Position numbers and translations under genes: made by a program. Shown in pieces: positions 42,225 through 51,208 of a stretch of 64,000 bases of DNA. Origin of the DNA: Deltaproteobacteria bacterium (lineage in GTDB: Bacteria > Desulfobacterota > Syntrophia > Syntrophales > UBA2210); NCBI GenBank assembly GCA_016933965.1, contig JAFGTS010000044.1, positions 59,533 through 123,532 of the forward strand. The letters are read 5' to 3'. Under the pieces are notes generated by a model, which had not been told where the DNA came from, searched no databases, and saw only the letters and a list, made by a program, of their open reading frames with translations. Position 1 is the first letter of the stretch. Every line of letters begins with the position of its first letter.

Positions 42225-43049
42225 ATGGAAGAGAAGGCCGTCCATTCGGTCCGGGTCCTGTCGAACATGGAAACCGTCAAGGGACATTACCTCATGACGC
42301 TTGCAGTCCCCCCTTCCTTTACCGGGGCGGTGCCGGGGCAGTTCATCATGGTTCGGATCGCGGGAAGGGATACCCCCTTTCTTCCCCGCCCTTTCAGCAT
42401 TCATTCCCTCTCGTCACAGAACGGTGAAACGGTGATGGAGGTGCTCTACCGGACGGTGGGTGCCGGGACCGCCGCAATGGCGACCCTTGCCGCCGGCGAC
42501 CGGCTGGCGCTGACGGGCCCCCTGGGCCGGGGCTACCGCCTCATGCCGGAACGGAAACAGGTGGTCCTTCTGGCCGGCGGGATGGGTGTGGCGCCGCTTG
42601 CCTTTCTTGCCGAGCGACTCGGAAATGGTGATGCCGGGGAAGGTTGCCGGATGACCTGCTACCTGGGGGCGCGGACCGCCTCCCTGCTCCACGGTCTTGA
42701 AAAACTGGAACGGACCTGCGACGAGGTGAAAGCCTGCACCGACGACGGCAGCAGGGGGCATGCGGGCCTCCTGACGGAACTTTTCCGGCGGGAGATGGAC
42801 GGATATGCCCCGGAAGACACGATCATCTATGCCTGCGGCCCACGGGAGATGATGAAGGAGCTCGCACGGCTGCTGGCGGGGACCGCCCTGGACTGCCAGG
42901 TCTCCCTTGAGGAGAGAATGGCCTGCGGCATCGGGGCGTGCCTGGGATGCGCCGTCGAAGTAAGGACCGCCGCGGGCGGCTCCACATATAAGAGAGTGTG
43001 CGCCGACGGTCCCGTCTTTGACATCGGCGATATTCTCTGGGGTGAATAG
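42225..43049 (+). CDS. pyrK: Dihydroorotate dehydrogenase electron-transfer subunit
   Basis: 274 aa; FAD/NAD-binding ferredoxin-reductase fold (RPFSI) with a C-terminal 2Fe-2S Cys cluster CGIGACLGC...C; directly upstream of pyrD. Confidence 0.88.
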   Translation: MEEKAVHSVRVLSNMETVKGHYLMTLAVPPSFTGAVPGQFIMVRIAGRDTPFLPRPFSIHSLSSQNGETVMEVLYRTVGAGTAAMATLAAGDRLALTGPLGRGYRLMPERKQVVLLAGGMGVAPLAFLAERLGNGDAGEGCRMTCYLGARTASLLHGLEKLERTCDEVKACTDDGSRGHAGLLTELFRREMDGYAPEDTIIYACGPREMMKELARLLAGTALDCQVSLEERMACGIGACLGCAVEVRTAAGGSTYKRVCADGPVFDIGDILWGE

Positions 43050-43050
43050 C

Positions 43051-43977
43051 GTGGGAGAGAAGAAGACACCGAAAACCAGTGTCGTCATTGGAGAACTTGC
43101 ACTGAAGAACCCCGTCATGACCGCTTCGGGGACCTTCGGATACGGAGAGGAGTTCGCCCCCTATATCGACCTGAACCGCCTGGGCGCCATCGTGGTGAAG
43201 GGTATCTCACGGAGGCCGAGACGGGGGAACCCGCCGCCCCGCATCATGGAAACGCCCGCGGGGATGCTCAATGCCGTGGGGCTCGAGAACGTGGGTGTCG
43301 ATGTTTTCATCGAGCAGAAACTGCCCTTCCTGCGGACCTTTGACGTGGCGGTCATCGTCAATATTTTCGGTGAGTCCGTCGAGGAATACGCCGAGGTCGC
43401 CCGCATCCTCGACGGGGTCGACGGGGTGCATGGTGTTGAGGTGAACATTTCCTGCCCCAACGTGGTCCGCGGCGGCATCGATTTCGGGATCGACCCGGAA
43501 GCGACCCGCGCCGTGACGTCGGCGGTCCGGGCCGTTACGACGCTTCCCCTCATCGTCAAACTGACGCCGAACGTAACTGACATCACGAAAATAGCCCTGG
43601 CGGCCCAGGAAGGCGGCGCCGACGCCCTTTCCCTTATCAACACCCTGAAAGGCATGGCGGTTGATATCGAAACACGGAAGCCGCGCCTGCGAAACATAAC
43701 GGGAGGTCTCTCCGGCCCCGCCATCAGGCCCATCGCCCTCCGGATGGTCTGGGAGGTCGTCCGGGCGGTCACCGTGCCGGTTATCGGCGGTGGCGGCATC
43801 ATGACGGCCGCCGACGCCCTTGAATTCCTCATCGCCGGTGCCCGGGCGGTCCAGGTGGGGACGGCCGGATTCATCGATCCCCGAGCGGCGATAGGCGTCA
43901 TCGGAGGCATTGAAGCATACCTCGTCAAACACGGTATTCCCGATATCAACGACCTCATCGGCAGCCTGGAAGTGTAA
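43051..43977 (+). CDS. pyrD: Dihydroorotate dehydrogenase 1B catalytic subunit
   Basis: ORF 43018..43977; GTG 43051 starts 2 nt after the pyrK stop; [13 protein letters not shown] and LINT motifs. Confidence 0.92.
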   Translation: MGEKKTPKTSVVIGELALKNPVMTASGTFGYGEEFAPYIDLNRLGAIVVKGISRRPRRGNPPPRIMETPAGMLNAVGLENVGVDVFIEQKLPFLRTFDVAVIVNIFGESVEEYAEVARILDGVDGVHGVEVNISCPNVVRGGIDFGIDPEATRAVTSAVRAVTTLPLIVKLTPNVTDITKIALAAQEGGADALSLINTLKGMAVDIETRKPRLRNITGGLSGPAIRPIALRMVWEVVRAVTVPVIGGGGIMTAADALEFLIAGARAVQVGTAGFIDPRAAIGVIGGIEAYLVKHGIPDINDLIGSLEV

Positions 43978-44140
43978 CGCACTTCGGACGACACCCGCCT
44001 TGACCGGATTTCACACAGGCTGCCGCCATCTGAATAAGCCATTGACTACATTGAACAAATAGTATATTTCAACAGCATATCGTTCGGACATATTTGCCTG
44101 ACCTCACTGACACCGTGGGATCCTTAAAAAGGAGGAGGAA

Positions 44141-45250
44141 ATGAACATTCTTGTTCTCGGTGGCGCGGGTGACATGGCCAGGGATGCTCTTGATGAACTT
44201 CAGAAAGAGAATACGGAACCGGCCGTGACCATTGCCGACCTCAACCTGGACAAGGCGGGACGGGAAGCGGCGAACAGGGGACCCCGTTTTTCCGCTCAGG
44301 GCATCAATGTCGAAGACCATGGCCGGCTCGTGGAGCTTATGAAGCAGCACGACATCACGCTGGGGTTTGCCGGGCCTTTCTATTATTACGAGAAGCGGAT
44401 CGCGCAGGCCGCGCTGGACGCGGGAAGACCCTATGTCTCCATAGCCGACGATTATGAGGCCTATCTCGATGTTATGTCCCTCGACGAGGCTGCCAGGCTC
44501 AAAGGCGTGCGCGTCCTGACAGGCTGGGGGAATTCACCGGGCATCACCCAGGCCCTTGCGCGCAAGGGATATGATTCGATGGATACGCCCCGGCGCATCA
44601 ATGTGCACTGGGCTGCCGGTTCCAACGAGGCGGCCGGCCCGGCCAACCTGACCCATCTCTTCAACATATTTCACGGTACGACACTCCAGACCATACGCGG
44701 CGGAGAGATACGGGTCCCCACCGGAGGGGGCAGGAAGGTTGTGAAGTTTCCCTTTCCCATGGGAGAACTGCCCGTGTACTACACGGGACATGCAGAGAGC
44801 GTTTCCATCCCGCGCAACCTGCCCGGACTTTCCGAGGTCACCCTGCACGGCGGTGTCCAACCGGCCTATATCCCGCTCCTCATCATGCTGATCGACAAGA
44901 CAGGCCTTTTCAGCACACACGCCCGCAGGAAGAAGGCGGCGGAGTTCTTTTACAGGATCGAGAGCATTTTCGGAACAGGCGGATTGGACAGATCGGTGGG
45001 CCGGGTGGATGTGTACGGCTTGCATGCGGGCAAGACGGCACACCGCACCTACACATATATCGGGCACATTGCCCAGATCACCTCCATCCCCTGTGTGGTG
45101 GCGGCCCTGTGGGAACTCGGCGGAACGTTCAGAGACATCCCCGGGGGTGTCTATTCCGCGGAACGGCTGCTTGCCGACCCCGCTCCGTTCCTGGCGGAGA
45201 TCATGAAAAGAGGTGTAGAGATATTCTTCCATGAGAACGGCCTCGAATAG
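44141..45250 (+). CDS. Saccharopine dehydrogenase-like NAD(P)-binding oxidoreductase
   Basis: 369 aa; N-terminal Rossmann MNILVLGGAGDMA; SD aaaaggaggagg upstream; family call from overall pattern. Confidence 0.6.
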   Translation: MNILVLGGAGDMARDALDELQKENTEPAVTIADLNLDKAGREAANRGPRFSAQGINVEDHGRLVELMKQHDITLGFAGPFYYYEKRIAQAALDAGRPYVSIADDYEAYLDVMSLDEAARLKGVRVLTGWGNSPGITQALARKGYDSMDTPRRINVHWAAGSNEAAGPANLTHLFNIFHGTTLQTIRGGEIRVPTGGGRKVVKFPFPMGELPVYYTGHAESVSIPRNLPGLSEVTLHGGVQPAYIPLLIMLIDKTGLFSTHARRKKAAEFFYRIESIFGTGGLDRSVGRVDVYGLHAGKTAHRTYTYIGHIAQITSIPCVVAALWELGGTFRDIPGGVYSAERLLADPAPFLAEIMKRGVEIFFHENGLE

Positions 45251-45424
45251 GCAGCATTGGGACAATACAGATCCAAATCAAATTCTCAATTCGCAATTCC
45301 GATAGAATTACAGGGGCACGATACTGAATTTATTAACTATATGTAGCGGGCACGTAAAAAGAAATGTAAATGGTGTCTTCGGAATGCTGGGAGGCTTCTT
45401 AGGGGCATGTCGGGGTAAGGGATA

Positions 45425-45826
45425 ATGATCGGTGTGCAAGTAAAGGTGATAGGCGTTTGGCTCGTCATGGTAATCGCAGCCATTTTTAATGCCGCTGTTC
45501 GCGAAAAGGTGCTTTCACCTGTGATCGGTTCTGAAACGGCGCTTCCTGTGAGCGGGTTGCTGCTGTCCACTTTGATCTTTTTGATTGTGTTTTTATCAAC
45601 ACCATCCTTTGGCCCTTTAGAAAGTAAAATGTATTTTTTTATTGGTCTTGAATGGTTTGTATTAACGCTGTCATTTGAATTTTTGTCAGGCCATTTTGTG
45701 GCGGGAAAACACTGGTATGAAATAATACAGGTCTTCAACGTAAAGAAAGGTGATTTGTTCATTGCGGCTCTGCTTACAACGTTGATTTCACCATGGTTGT
45801 CTGCAAAACTGAGAGGCCTGGTATAG
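45425..45826 (+). CDS. Small integral membrane protein (about 4 TM), unknown function
   Basis: 133-aa hydrophobic ORF in a low-GC stretch; four hydrophobic segments. Confidence 0.55.
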   Translation: MIGVQVKVIGVWLVMVIAAIFNAAVREKVLSPVIGSETALPVSGLLLSTLIFLIVFLSTPSFGPLESKMYFFIGLEWFVLTLSFEFLSGHFVAGKHWYEIIQVFNVKKGDLFIAALLTTLISPWLSAKLRGLV

Positions 45827-45948
45827 ATCAAACAGCTCCTGACAAAGCGTATGCACAGGGATTCCGAAAAGCTGCGCGTCTTTTTCGCTCAGTTTTTTGA
45901 TGACGGCGACCTGCAGGCGTTATGACAGGACAATCGAAAGGAGGTCCC

Positions 45949-46230
45949 ATGTTACCCCGGAAACAAAAACAGAGGTACGAAGCGTTCTTCGGGTCAACAG
46001 CCCAGAATGGTATTTTAGATCCAAAAACAACCGTTATGGTCCAGTTGGCAGCCTCGTTCGCCATTGGTTGTTATCCATGAATGGAGCACTTCTTTGGCGT
46101 TGCCAAAGAAAACGGCCTTACGGACGATGAGATCGGTGCAGTGCAATCCATAACTATGGCAGTATCGGCAGGAAGAATAAGAGCACAGTTCAGACAGGTA
46201 AGAGAAAACATGGGCATTGATGGGAAATAA
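45949..46230 (+). CDS. AhpD/carboxymuconolactone-decarboxylase-family putative selenoprotein (in-frame TGA at 46078-46080 read as Sec; C-Y-P-U motif)
   Basis: ATG 45949 preceded by SD gaaaggagg. Codons 1-43 end in AASFAIGCYP, then TGA, and the same frame continues MEHFFGVAKENGLTDDEIGAVQSITMAVSAG... to TAA 46228-46230. The joined 93 aa equals one CMD domain with TGA at the second Cys of the CxxC motif. A hairpin follows. Confidence 0.7.
46090..46110 (+). promoter_or_regulatory. SECIS-like hairpin downstream of the in-frame UGA
   Basis: Perfect 9-bp stem ttctttggc/gccaaagaa with a GUU apical loop; the stem starts 9 nt after the UGA, and the loop G lies 19 nt after it. Confidence 0.55.
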
Positions 46231-46414
46231 CGGCATACCATCAGGTTATGAAGAACCGAGCTGTACTTATGTGGCAAGGCACAGACAGGAGATCGAGCGG
46301 TCCTTGAGGGACCGGTGATGCATGACAAGGCGCCGAACCGGGACACGGTCCTTACGGACCACGCCCGATCAACGCCGTGTGGCATAAAACAGGGACGATG
46401 GAGGGCATGGACGA

Positions 46415-46942
46415 ATGGGTGTACTCGATGAAGTTGAAAGAACAGCGATCAGGGATGTACTGGGGAAAGGCTGGCTGACCCATGATGGAATGTGGTTTTT
46501 TCACACGTGCCGTGAATTCGGCATAGAGAAAGCCAATGAATTGAACAAAGCGGCCATAAGATCCTTGGCGCCGATCGAGATGGGGAGGATGAAGCGGCTT
46601 CTGGGGGTCACGGGGGACCGTTTCGAAACGTTCGATGACCTCGCGCAATTCATGCTTGCGGGCCTGGAATTGACCCTGCCGCATTCGGTCTTCAAGCAGT
46701 TTCGCTGCACTCCATCAGCAGGAAATGTAATACACTGGAAATGGGAAAACTCTCAATGCTTCGCTTACAAGGGCATGAAACAGATCGGGGTGATCGATGG
46801 ATACAGTTGTGGCGTGATATACAGGATCGAATGCTGGCTTGAGTCGCTGAATATCCAATACTCGATACAACCGGAGATCAAAGGCTGTCTCATGCATGAG
46901 AAAGGCGAATGTGAAGGAGAAATTCATGTTCTTCTTACGTAG
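46415..46942 (+). CDS. Cys-containing cytosolic hypothetical protein (possibly DUF6125 / ATC-hydrolase-like)
   Basis: 175-aa ORF; WLTHDGMWFFH N-terminal block, and C-terminal Cys residues (CFAYKG, SCG, ECW, GCLMHEKGEC); family assignment tentative. Confidence 0.5.
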   Translation: MGVLDEVERTAIRDVLGKGWLTHDGMWFFHTCREFGIEKANELNKAAIRSLAPIEMGRMKRLLGVTGDRFETFDDLAQFMLAGLELTLPHSVFKQFRCTPSAGNVIHWKWENSQCFAYKGMKQIGVIDGYSCGVIYRIECWLESLNIQYSIQPEIKGCLMHEKGECEGEIHVLLT

Positions 46943-47088
46943 GATCGCAGAAAAAAAAGACGGGAGTGACGACTTCCTTCACCCGATCGGGGACCTGAGA
47001 CGATCACACGCGTAGGTTTGTTCAGCCGAAGCAGCAAGCGGCGCGACCGATAGGGAGCATGAGGAACCATACAGGGGAGGGAACGAAG

Positions 47089-47499
47089 ATGGCCGTACGC
47101 ATTGTAAGACTGGGCAGTCCCAGAGCGAAAGGTGAGGGTATCCGGATAGGAACGGTTCGTCGTCCGCCGCGAGGGGTGCCGAAGACAGAGTTTGCATCGC
47201 GGGACTGGTATGACCTGTGGTACCCTCATCTGGCCCCGAGTTTAGAGACCATGAAGCTGGGAAGATCGGCTTCGACTCCGGCTCAGTGGCGGGAATTCAT
47301 GAAGAAGTACCAGCGTGAGATGGCAACGCCGGAGAACAGCCGCACTATTGAACTGCTGGCTGCTCTTTCGCACCGCTGCAACTTCTCGGTCGGGTGCTAT
47401 TGTGAAGATGAGACGCGCTGCCACCGGTCGGTGCTGCGCGAGCTAATGGCCGCGGCGGGTGCGAAGATTGAACAAAAGGGGTCGGGTCTTGTACTATAA
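47089..47499 (+). CDS. DUF488 (YeaO-like) family protein
   Basis: ORF 47059..47499; ATG 47089 preceded by SD ggggaggg; RRPPRGV...W...LAPS..L...F...Y..E pattern of DUF488. Confidence 0.6.
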   Translation: MAVRIVRLGSPRAKGEGIRIGTVRRPPRGVPKTEFASRDWYDLWYPHLAPSLETMKLGRSASTPAQWREFMKKYQREMATPENSRTIELLAALSHRCNFSVGCYCEDETRCHRSVLRELMAAAGAKIEQKGSGLVL

Positions 47500-47549
47500 C
47501 ATTGAAACCCCGTATAGGGCAGTAACATGAGAGTATTGGAGGAGCGGCC

Positions 47550-47942
47550 ATGAATCCAACATCACGAAGCATCATTGCGGTGGCAGTGACCGGGATATGG
47601 GTAAATGCATCCGAGTTCTTAAGAAACGAGGTCCTTCTGAAAACATACTGGGTGGACCATTATCGATCACTCGGAATGATTTTTCCCTCTGAACCAAAAA
47701 ACGGAATGATATGGCTGGTTTGGGGGTTTTTATTCGCCATCGCCATGTATGTCCTCTCAAGAAAATTCGACGTGATACAAACGGCGCTTATCAGCTGGTT
47801 CATGTCATTTGTTCTGATGTGGCTGGTCATATTGAATCTGAACGTGCTCCCCGTTGCTCTTCTTCTGTATGCCGTTCCGCTCAGTCTGCTGGAAGTCTTT
47901 GTCGGATCGTACCTGTGTATCAGGATATCCCCGAAGGGATGA
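47550..47942 (+). CDS. Small integral membrane protein (about 4 TM), unknown function
   Basis: 130-aa hydrophobic ORF; similar in size and layout to the 45425 gene, with a shared N-A-x-x-(R)-(E/N)-x-V-L element after TM1. Confidence 0.55.
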   Translation: MNPTSRSIIAVAVTGIWVNASEFLRNEVLLKTYWVDHYRSLGMIFPSEPKNGMIWLVWGFLFAIAMYVLSRKFDVIQTALISWFMSFVLMWLVILNLNVLPVALLLYAVPLSLLEVFVGSYLCIRISPKG

Positions 47943-47986
47943 GCTTTTGATCATAAATGACCCCTGCCGGCACCGATTGTTATTTC

Positions 47987-48015
47987 TTGACAGCCCCCTG
48001 CCGTTTTTTTATACT
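47987..48015 (+). promoter_or_regulatory. Strong sigma70-type promoter for the TPR protein gene
   Basis: TTGACA (47987-47992), 17 nt, TATACT (48010-48015); about 47 nt upstream of the SD aggagg and ATG 48069. Confidence 0.55.
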
Positions 48016-48068
48016 GCGTCCTGCAATAGGGGGTTCAATGTGACTATTAAAAAACAGGAGGTGATTGG

Positions 48069-48809
48069 ATGAGAAAGCTGTTTGTTCTTGGTATCATTTT
48101 TTCGTTTATCGTATTTCTTGCTCCCGGGTCCCTGATGGCGCAGGATTATCTGGCTGAAGGCGATGCCTACTTTGAAAAAGGTGGTGTGGAAAACTACGGA
48201 AAGGCGATAGAGGCCTATGGAAAGGCTCTTGAGCAGGATCCGGAAAGTTTCGAGGCAAATTGGAGGATGGCACGCGCCTATCGCTGGTACGGGGAACAGT
48301 CCAAGAGGGACAACGTTACGGATTGGGAGGACATCTGCGCCAAGTACGGGAAAGAGGGCATGAAATATGCCGCCAAGGCGATCGACCTGGATCCCGAGAA
48401 GCCGGAGGGATACTTCTGGTACGGGACAAACGTCGGTGTGTATTCCGATGGTGTCAGCATTCTGACGGCCCTGAAAGAAGGCCTGAAGGACAAGACCCAG
48501 GAAAGCTTCGAGAAGGTCTACGCCATGGATAAGGAGTTCGAAGAGGCGGGCGCCGTTCTCGCGCTGGGCCGTTTCTGGTCGGTGCTGCCCTGGCCGCTTC
48601 GGGACAGGGAAAAGGCGATCGTATACTTTGAAGAGTTCGAGCAGTACTATCCCGAAAAACCCGATTACCTGGTCTATTATGCCGAGACGCTGATCGGTGA
48701 GGGTGGAAAGGAAAACAAGGCGAAGGCGAAGGAACTGCTGGATAAGGCCGTGAACGCCGATGAAAAGTGGTGGAGCGACTGGGCGAAGCGCCTTATGGGA
48801 GATCTGTAA
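48069..48809 (+). CDS. Secreted TPR-repeat protein
   Basis: 246 aa; signal peptide MRKLFVLGIIFSFIVFLAPGSLMA-QD; TPR-like AxxxYxKAL repeats. Confidence 0.7.
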   Translation: MRKLFVLGIIFSFIVFLAPGSLMAQDYLAEGDAYFEKGGVENYGKAIEAYGKALEQDPESFEANWRMARAYRWYGEQSKRDNVTDWEDICAKYGKEGMKYAAKAIDLDPEKPEGYFWYGTNVGVYSDGVSILTALKEGLKDKTQESFEKVYAMDKEFEEAGAVLALGRFWSVLPWPLRDREKAIVYFEEFEQYYPEKPDYLVYYAETLIGEGGKENKAKAKELLDKAVNADEKWWSDWAKRLMGDL

Positions 48810-48834
48810 TGTACGCTTGAGTTATGGATTGCCG

Positions 48835-48864
48835 GGCGCCGCGGAAGACAGCGGCGCCTTTTTT
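48835..48864 (+). terminator. Rho-independent terminator after the TPR gene
   Basis: 8-bp GC stem ggcgccgc/gcggcgcc with an 8-nt loop, followed by tttttt. Confidence 0.8.
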
Positions 48865-48874
48865 ATGTGCTCTG

Positions 48875-49780
48875 TTATTTGTCCGTGGAACCTGTGGTTT
48901 CTTTCGCCTGCTCGTACAACTCCCGCGCCCGGTAGGAACTCCTGACGAACGGTCCGCCGGCGACGGCCGGGAACCCCAGACCTTCAGCATGGCGGCGCAG
49001 GTCGTCGAATTCGGTGGGATGGACAAAACGCTCCACGGGCAGGCAGGATCCGGCCGGTTGGAGATACTGGCCGACCGTCAGGACATCGCAGCCCGCGGCC
49101 GCCAGGTCTTCAAAGGTACGCCGGATCTCTTCGTCCCCTTCGCCGAGGCCGACCATCATGCCCGACTTCGTTACCATGGAGGCATCCATTTTTTTTGTTG
49201 ACTCCAGGAGCTTCAGTGAGCGGTGATAGTCGGCGCGGGGCCGGACGGTATCATAGAGCCTGCTCACCGTTTCGATATTGTGATTGATAACCTGGGGTGC
49301 GGCATCAACGACGCGGCGAAGGGCCTCTTCGCTGCCCTGGAAATCGGGGATGAGCACTTCGATGCAGACACCGGGACAGCATTGCCGGATCGCCTCAATA
49401 GTGTCGGCAAAGACCCCGGCGCCGCCGTCGGAAAGGTCGTCCCGCGTCACGGAAGTGATGACCACGTAATCAAGGCCGACCTCGGCGACCGTCTCGGCCA
49501 GACGGCGCGGTTCCCCGCGATCCACCGCACCGGGGATGCCGTGTCTGACGGCGCAGAATCGGCAGTTTCTGGTGCAGATGTTTCCCAGTATCAGGAAGGT
49601 GGCCGTCCTGCGTGCGTAACATTCCCAGATATTCGGACACCGTGCTTCACGGCAGACCGTGTTCAGACGGTTCTTTTTCAGGATGGCCCGCATTGTTTCA
49701 TAACCGGCGCCTGATGGAAGATTCCGCGAAAGCCAAGAAGGCTTTCCTTTCCGGTTCTCCTGCTGCTTTTTCAGGGTCAT
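48875..49780 (-). CDS. lipA: Lipoyl synthase (radical SAM)
   Basis: 301 aa; auxiliary cluster motif CREARCPNIWEC and radical-SAM motif CTRNCRFC. Confidence 0.95.
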   Translation of the reverse strand: MTLKKQQENRKGKPSWLSRNLPSGAGYETMRAILKKNRLNTVCREARCPNIWECYARRTATFLILGNICTRNCRFCAVRHGIPGAVDRGEPRRLAETVAEVGLDYVVITSVTRDDLSDGGAGVFADTIEAIRQCCPGVCIEVLIPDFQGSEEALRRVVDAAPQVINHNIETVSRLYDTVRPRADYHRSLKLLESTKKMDASMVTKSGMMVGLGEGDEEIRRTFEDLAAAGCDVLTVGQYLQPAGSCLPVERFVHPTEFDDLRRHAEGLGFPAVAGGPFVRSSYRARELYEQAKETTGSTDK

Positions 49781-49825
49781 CGCGTGCGTCCAACGCCGAC
49801 TGCCGGGGCAGCGGCGGTACTGAGA

Positions 49826-51208
49826 TCACAGGATCAGTTCTTCCACGAATTCGATCAGCTGGTTCAGGTTCCGGCACGGCCTGAGTTCGTGGCAGTAAGG
49901 TTTGTAGGCGAACATTTCACTGTCTCCGGAATTCCACTCACTTTCCGGTTCCGGATTGAGCCATATGACCCGGCGGCTCTTCTCGCGCATTTCCGAAAGT
50001 ATCCTGTCCTCCGGATGGAAGTAGTTCGTCCTCGCGTCGCCGATGATAATGAGGGTTGTCTTCTTGTTCAGAATATCCAGGTAATCTCTTTTGAAGTGCC
50101 GGAATGTTTCGCCGTAGTCCGTTGGAGCGTAGTATTCAATGTCGGTTTCGTGAAGCACCTTTTCAATGGCACTGTTGATCTCGTGATTTTCGAAGATGTC
50201 CGTTACCTCGGCGAGACCGGAGACGAAGATGAAACTGTTCACCTTGGTGAAGCATTCCTGGAGGGAATAGAGGATGTTGAGCATGAAACGGGCCGCCGAC
50301 CACACGGAACTGGAAACGTCACAGAGGGTAACTATCTTTCCCCTGCGGGGCGGACGTTTCTTGAAGGCCAGTTCCACCGGTGTTCCCTGGTAGCGCATCG
50401 CCTTGCGGAGGGTCTTTTTGATATCAAGGACACCTCGGCTCCTGGCCGCGTAGCGGCGGCTTACGATATCCTTGAGCTTTCTGACGAGCCGGTCCACCAC
50501 GTCCCGGACCTCCTCGACCTCCTGTTGGGTCAGGGCGGAAAAGGGACGTTCGCCCAGGTACTTGAGATGCTGCTCGTAACTTCTGATGTTCTGCAGGTCA
50601 TCATAGAGGGGGCGCGGTTCATGCATGAGGAGCGAGTAGGCGCTGTCGAGGTGTCTGTTGAAGAAGTCGACCGCGTTGTGTCGCTCGATCCCCGCCGTGG
50701 AAGCGTACCGGTCATCGAGAAACTGGATCACCTTGGCGCGGACGGCATTGATCTGCATGAGAATTTCGAGGCGGCCGGCGAGTGGCCCCAGGTTGAATCT
50801 GACGTTCTGTGGCGCGTCATGGTCCATGTTCCGCATATGTCGGAGTGCGGTCAGGTACGCCAGGGGGTCTCCCGAGAGAAAATCCAGAAGCGACCGGTAG
50901 AGCATATCTCCGTTCGCCCGCTGGTAAAGAATTTCCATGGTGTCCCTGATAAGCCCGGCAAAGGGGTCGTCCTCGGACAGACCGCTGTCTTTGCCCATTT
51001 CATGAAAGAAGAGATGGTAGAGACGGTCGAATTTCGCCTGGTCGCGGCGGCTCTTGACGAAGTTTGTTCGCAGGACGGTTCTGAACTGGACCTCGTCGAT
51101 GGTGTCGATCAGCTCGAGCTGGTTCAGGCAGTCCAGCACCTCCGCCGTCGACACGCGAAGGTCGGCGGCGCGGCAGCTCGACACAAATTTCAATATAAGG
51201 TTAACCAT
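49826..51208 (-). CDS. VWA domain-containing CoxE-like protein
   Basis: 460 aa; C-terminal VWA with a MIDAS-like LCDVSSSV, then IIIGDARTNY and VIWLNPEP...W..GDS blocks typical of the CoxE family. Confidence 0.8.
   Translation of the reverse strand: MVNLILKFVSSCRAADLRVSTAEVLDCLNQLELIDTIDEVQFRTVLRTNFVKSRRDQAKFDRLYHLFFHEMGKDSGLSEDDPFAGLIRDTMEILYQRANGDMLYRSLLDFLSGDPLAYLTALRHMRNMDHDAPQNVRFNLGPLAGRLEILMQINAVRAKVIQFLDDRYASTAGIERHNAVDFFNRHLDSAYSLLMHEPRPLYDDLQNIRSYEQHLKYLGERPFSALTQQEVEEVRDVVDRLVRKLKDIVSRRYAARSRGVLDIKKTLRKAMRYQGTPVELAFKKRPPRRGKIVTLCDVSSSVWSAARFMLNILYSLQECFTKVNSFIFVSGLAEVTDIFENHEINSAIEKVLHETDIEYYAPTDYGETFRHFKRDYLDILNKKTTLIIIGDARTNYFHPEDRILSEMREKSRRVIWLNPEPESEWNSGDSEMFAYKPYCHELRPCRNLNQLIEFVEELIL

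Noticed and set aside
45828-46064. 78-aa minus-strand ORF overlapping the 5' half of the putative selenoprotein gene, and a second minus-strand frame reading LQVAVIKKLSEKDAQLFGIPVHTLCQELFD.
   Set aside because: The 78-aa product is Arg/Ala/Pro-rich with no SD. The other frame is closed by TAA immediately upstream and has no start codon. The plus-strand reading has a strong SD and a full-length family match.
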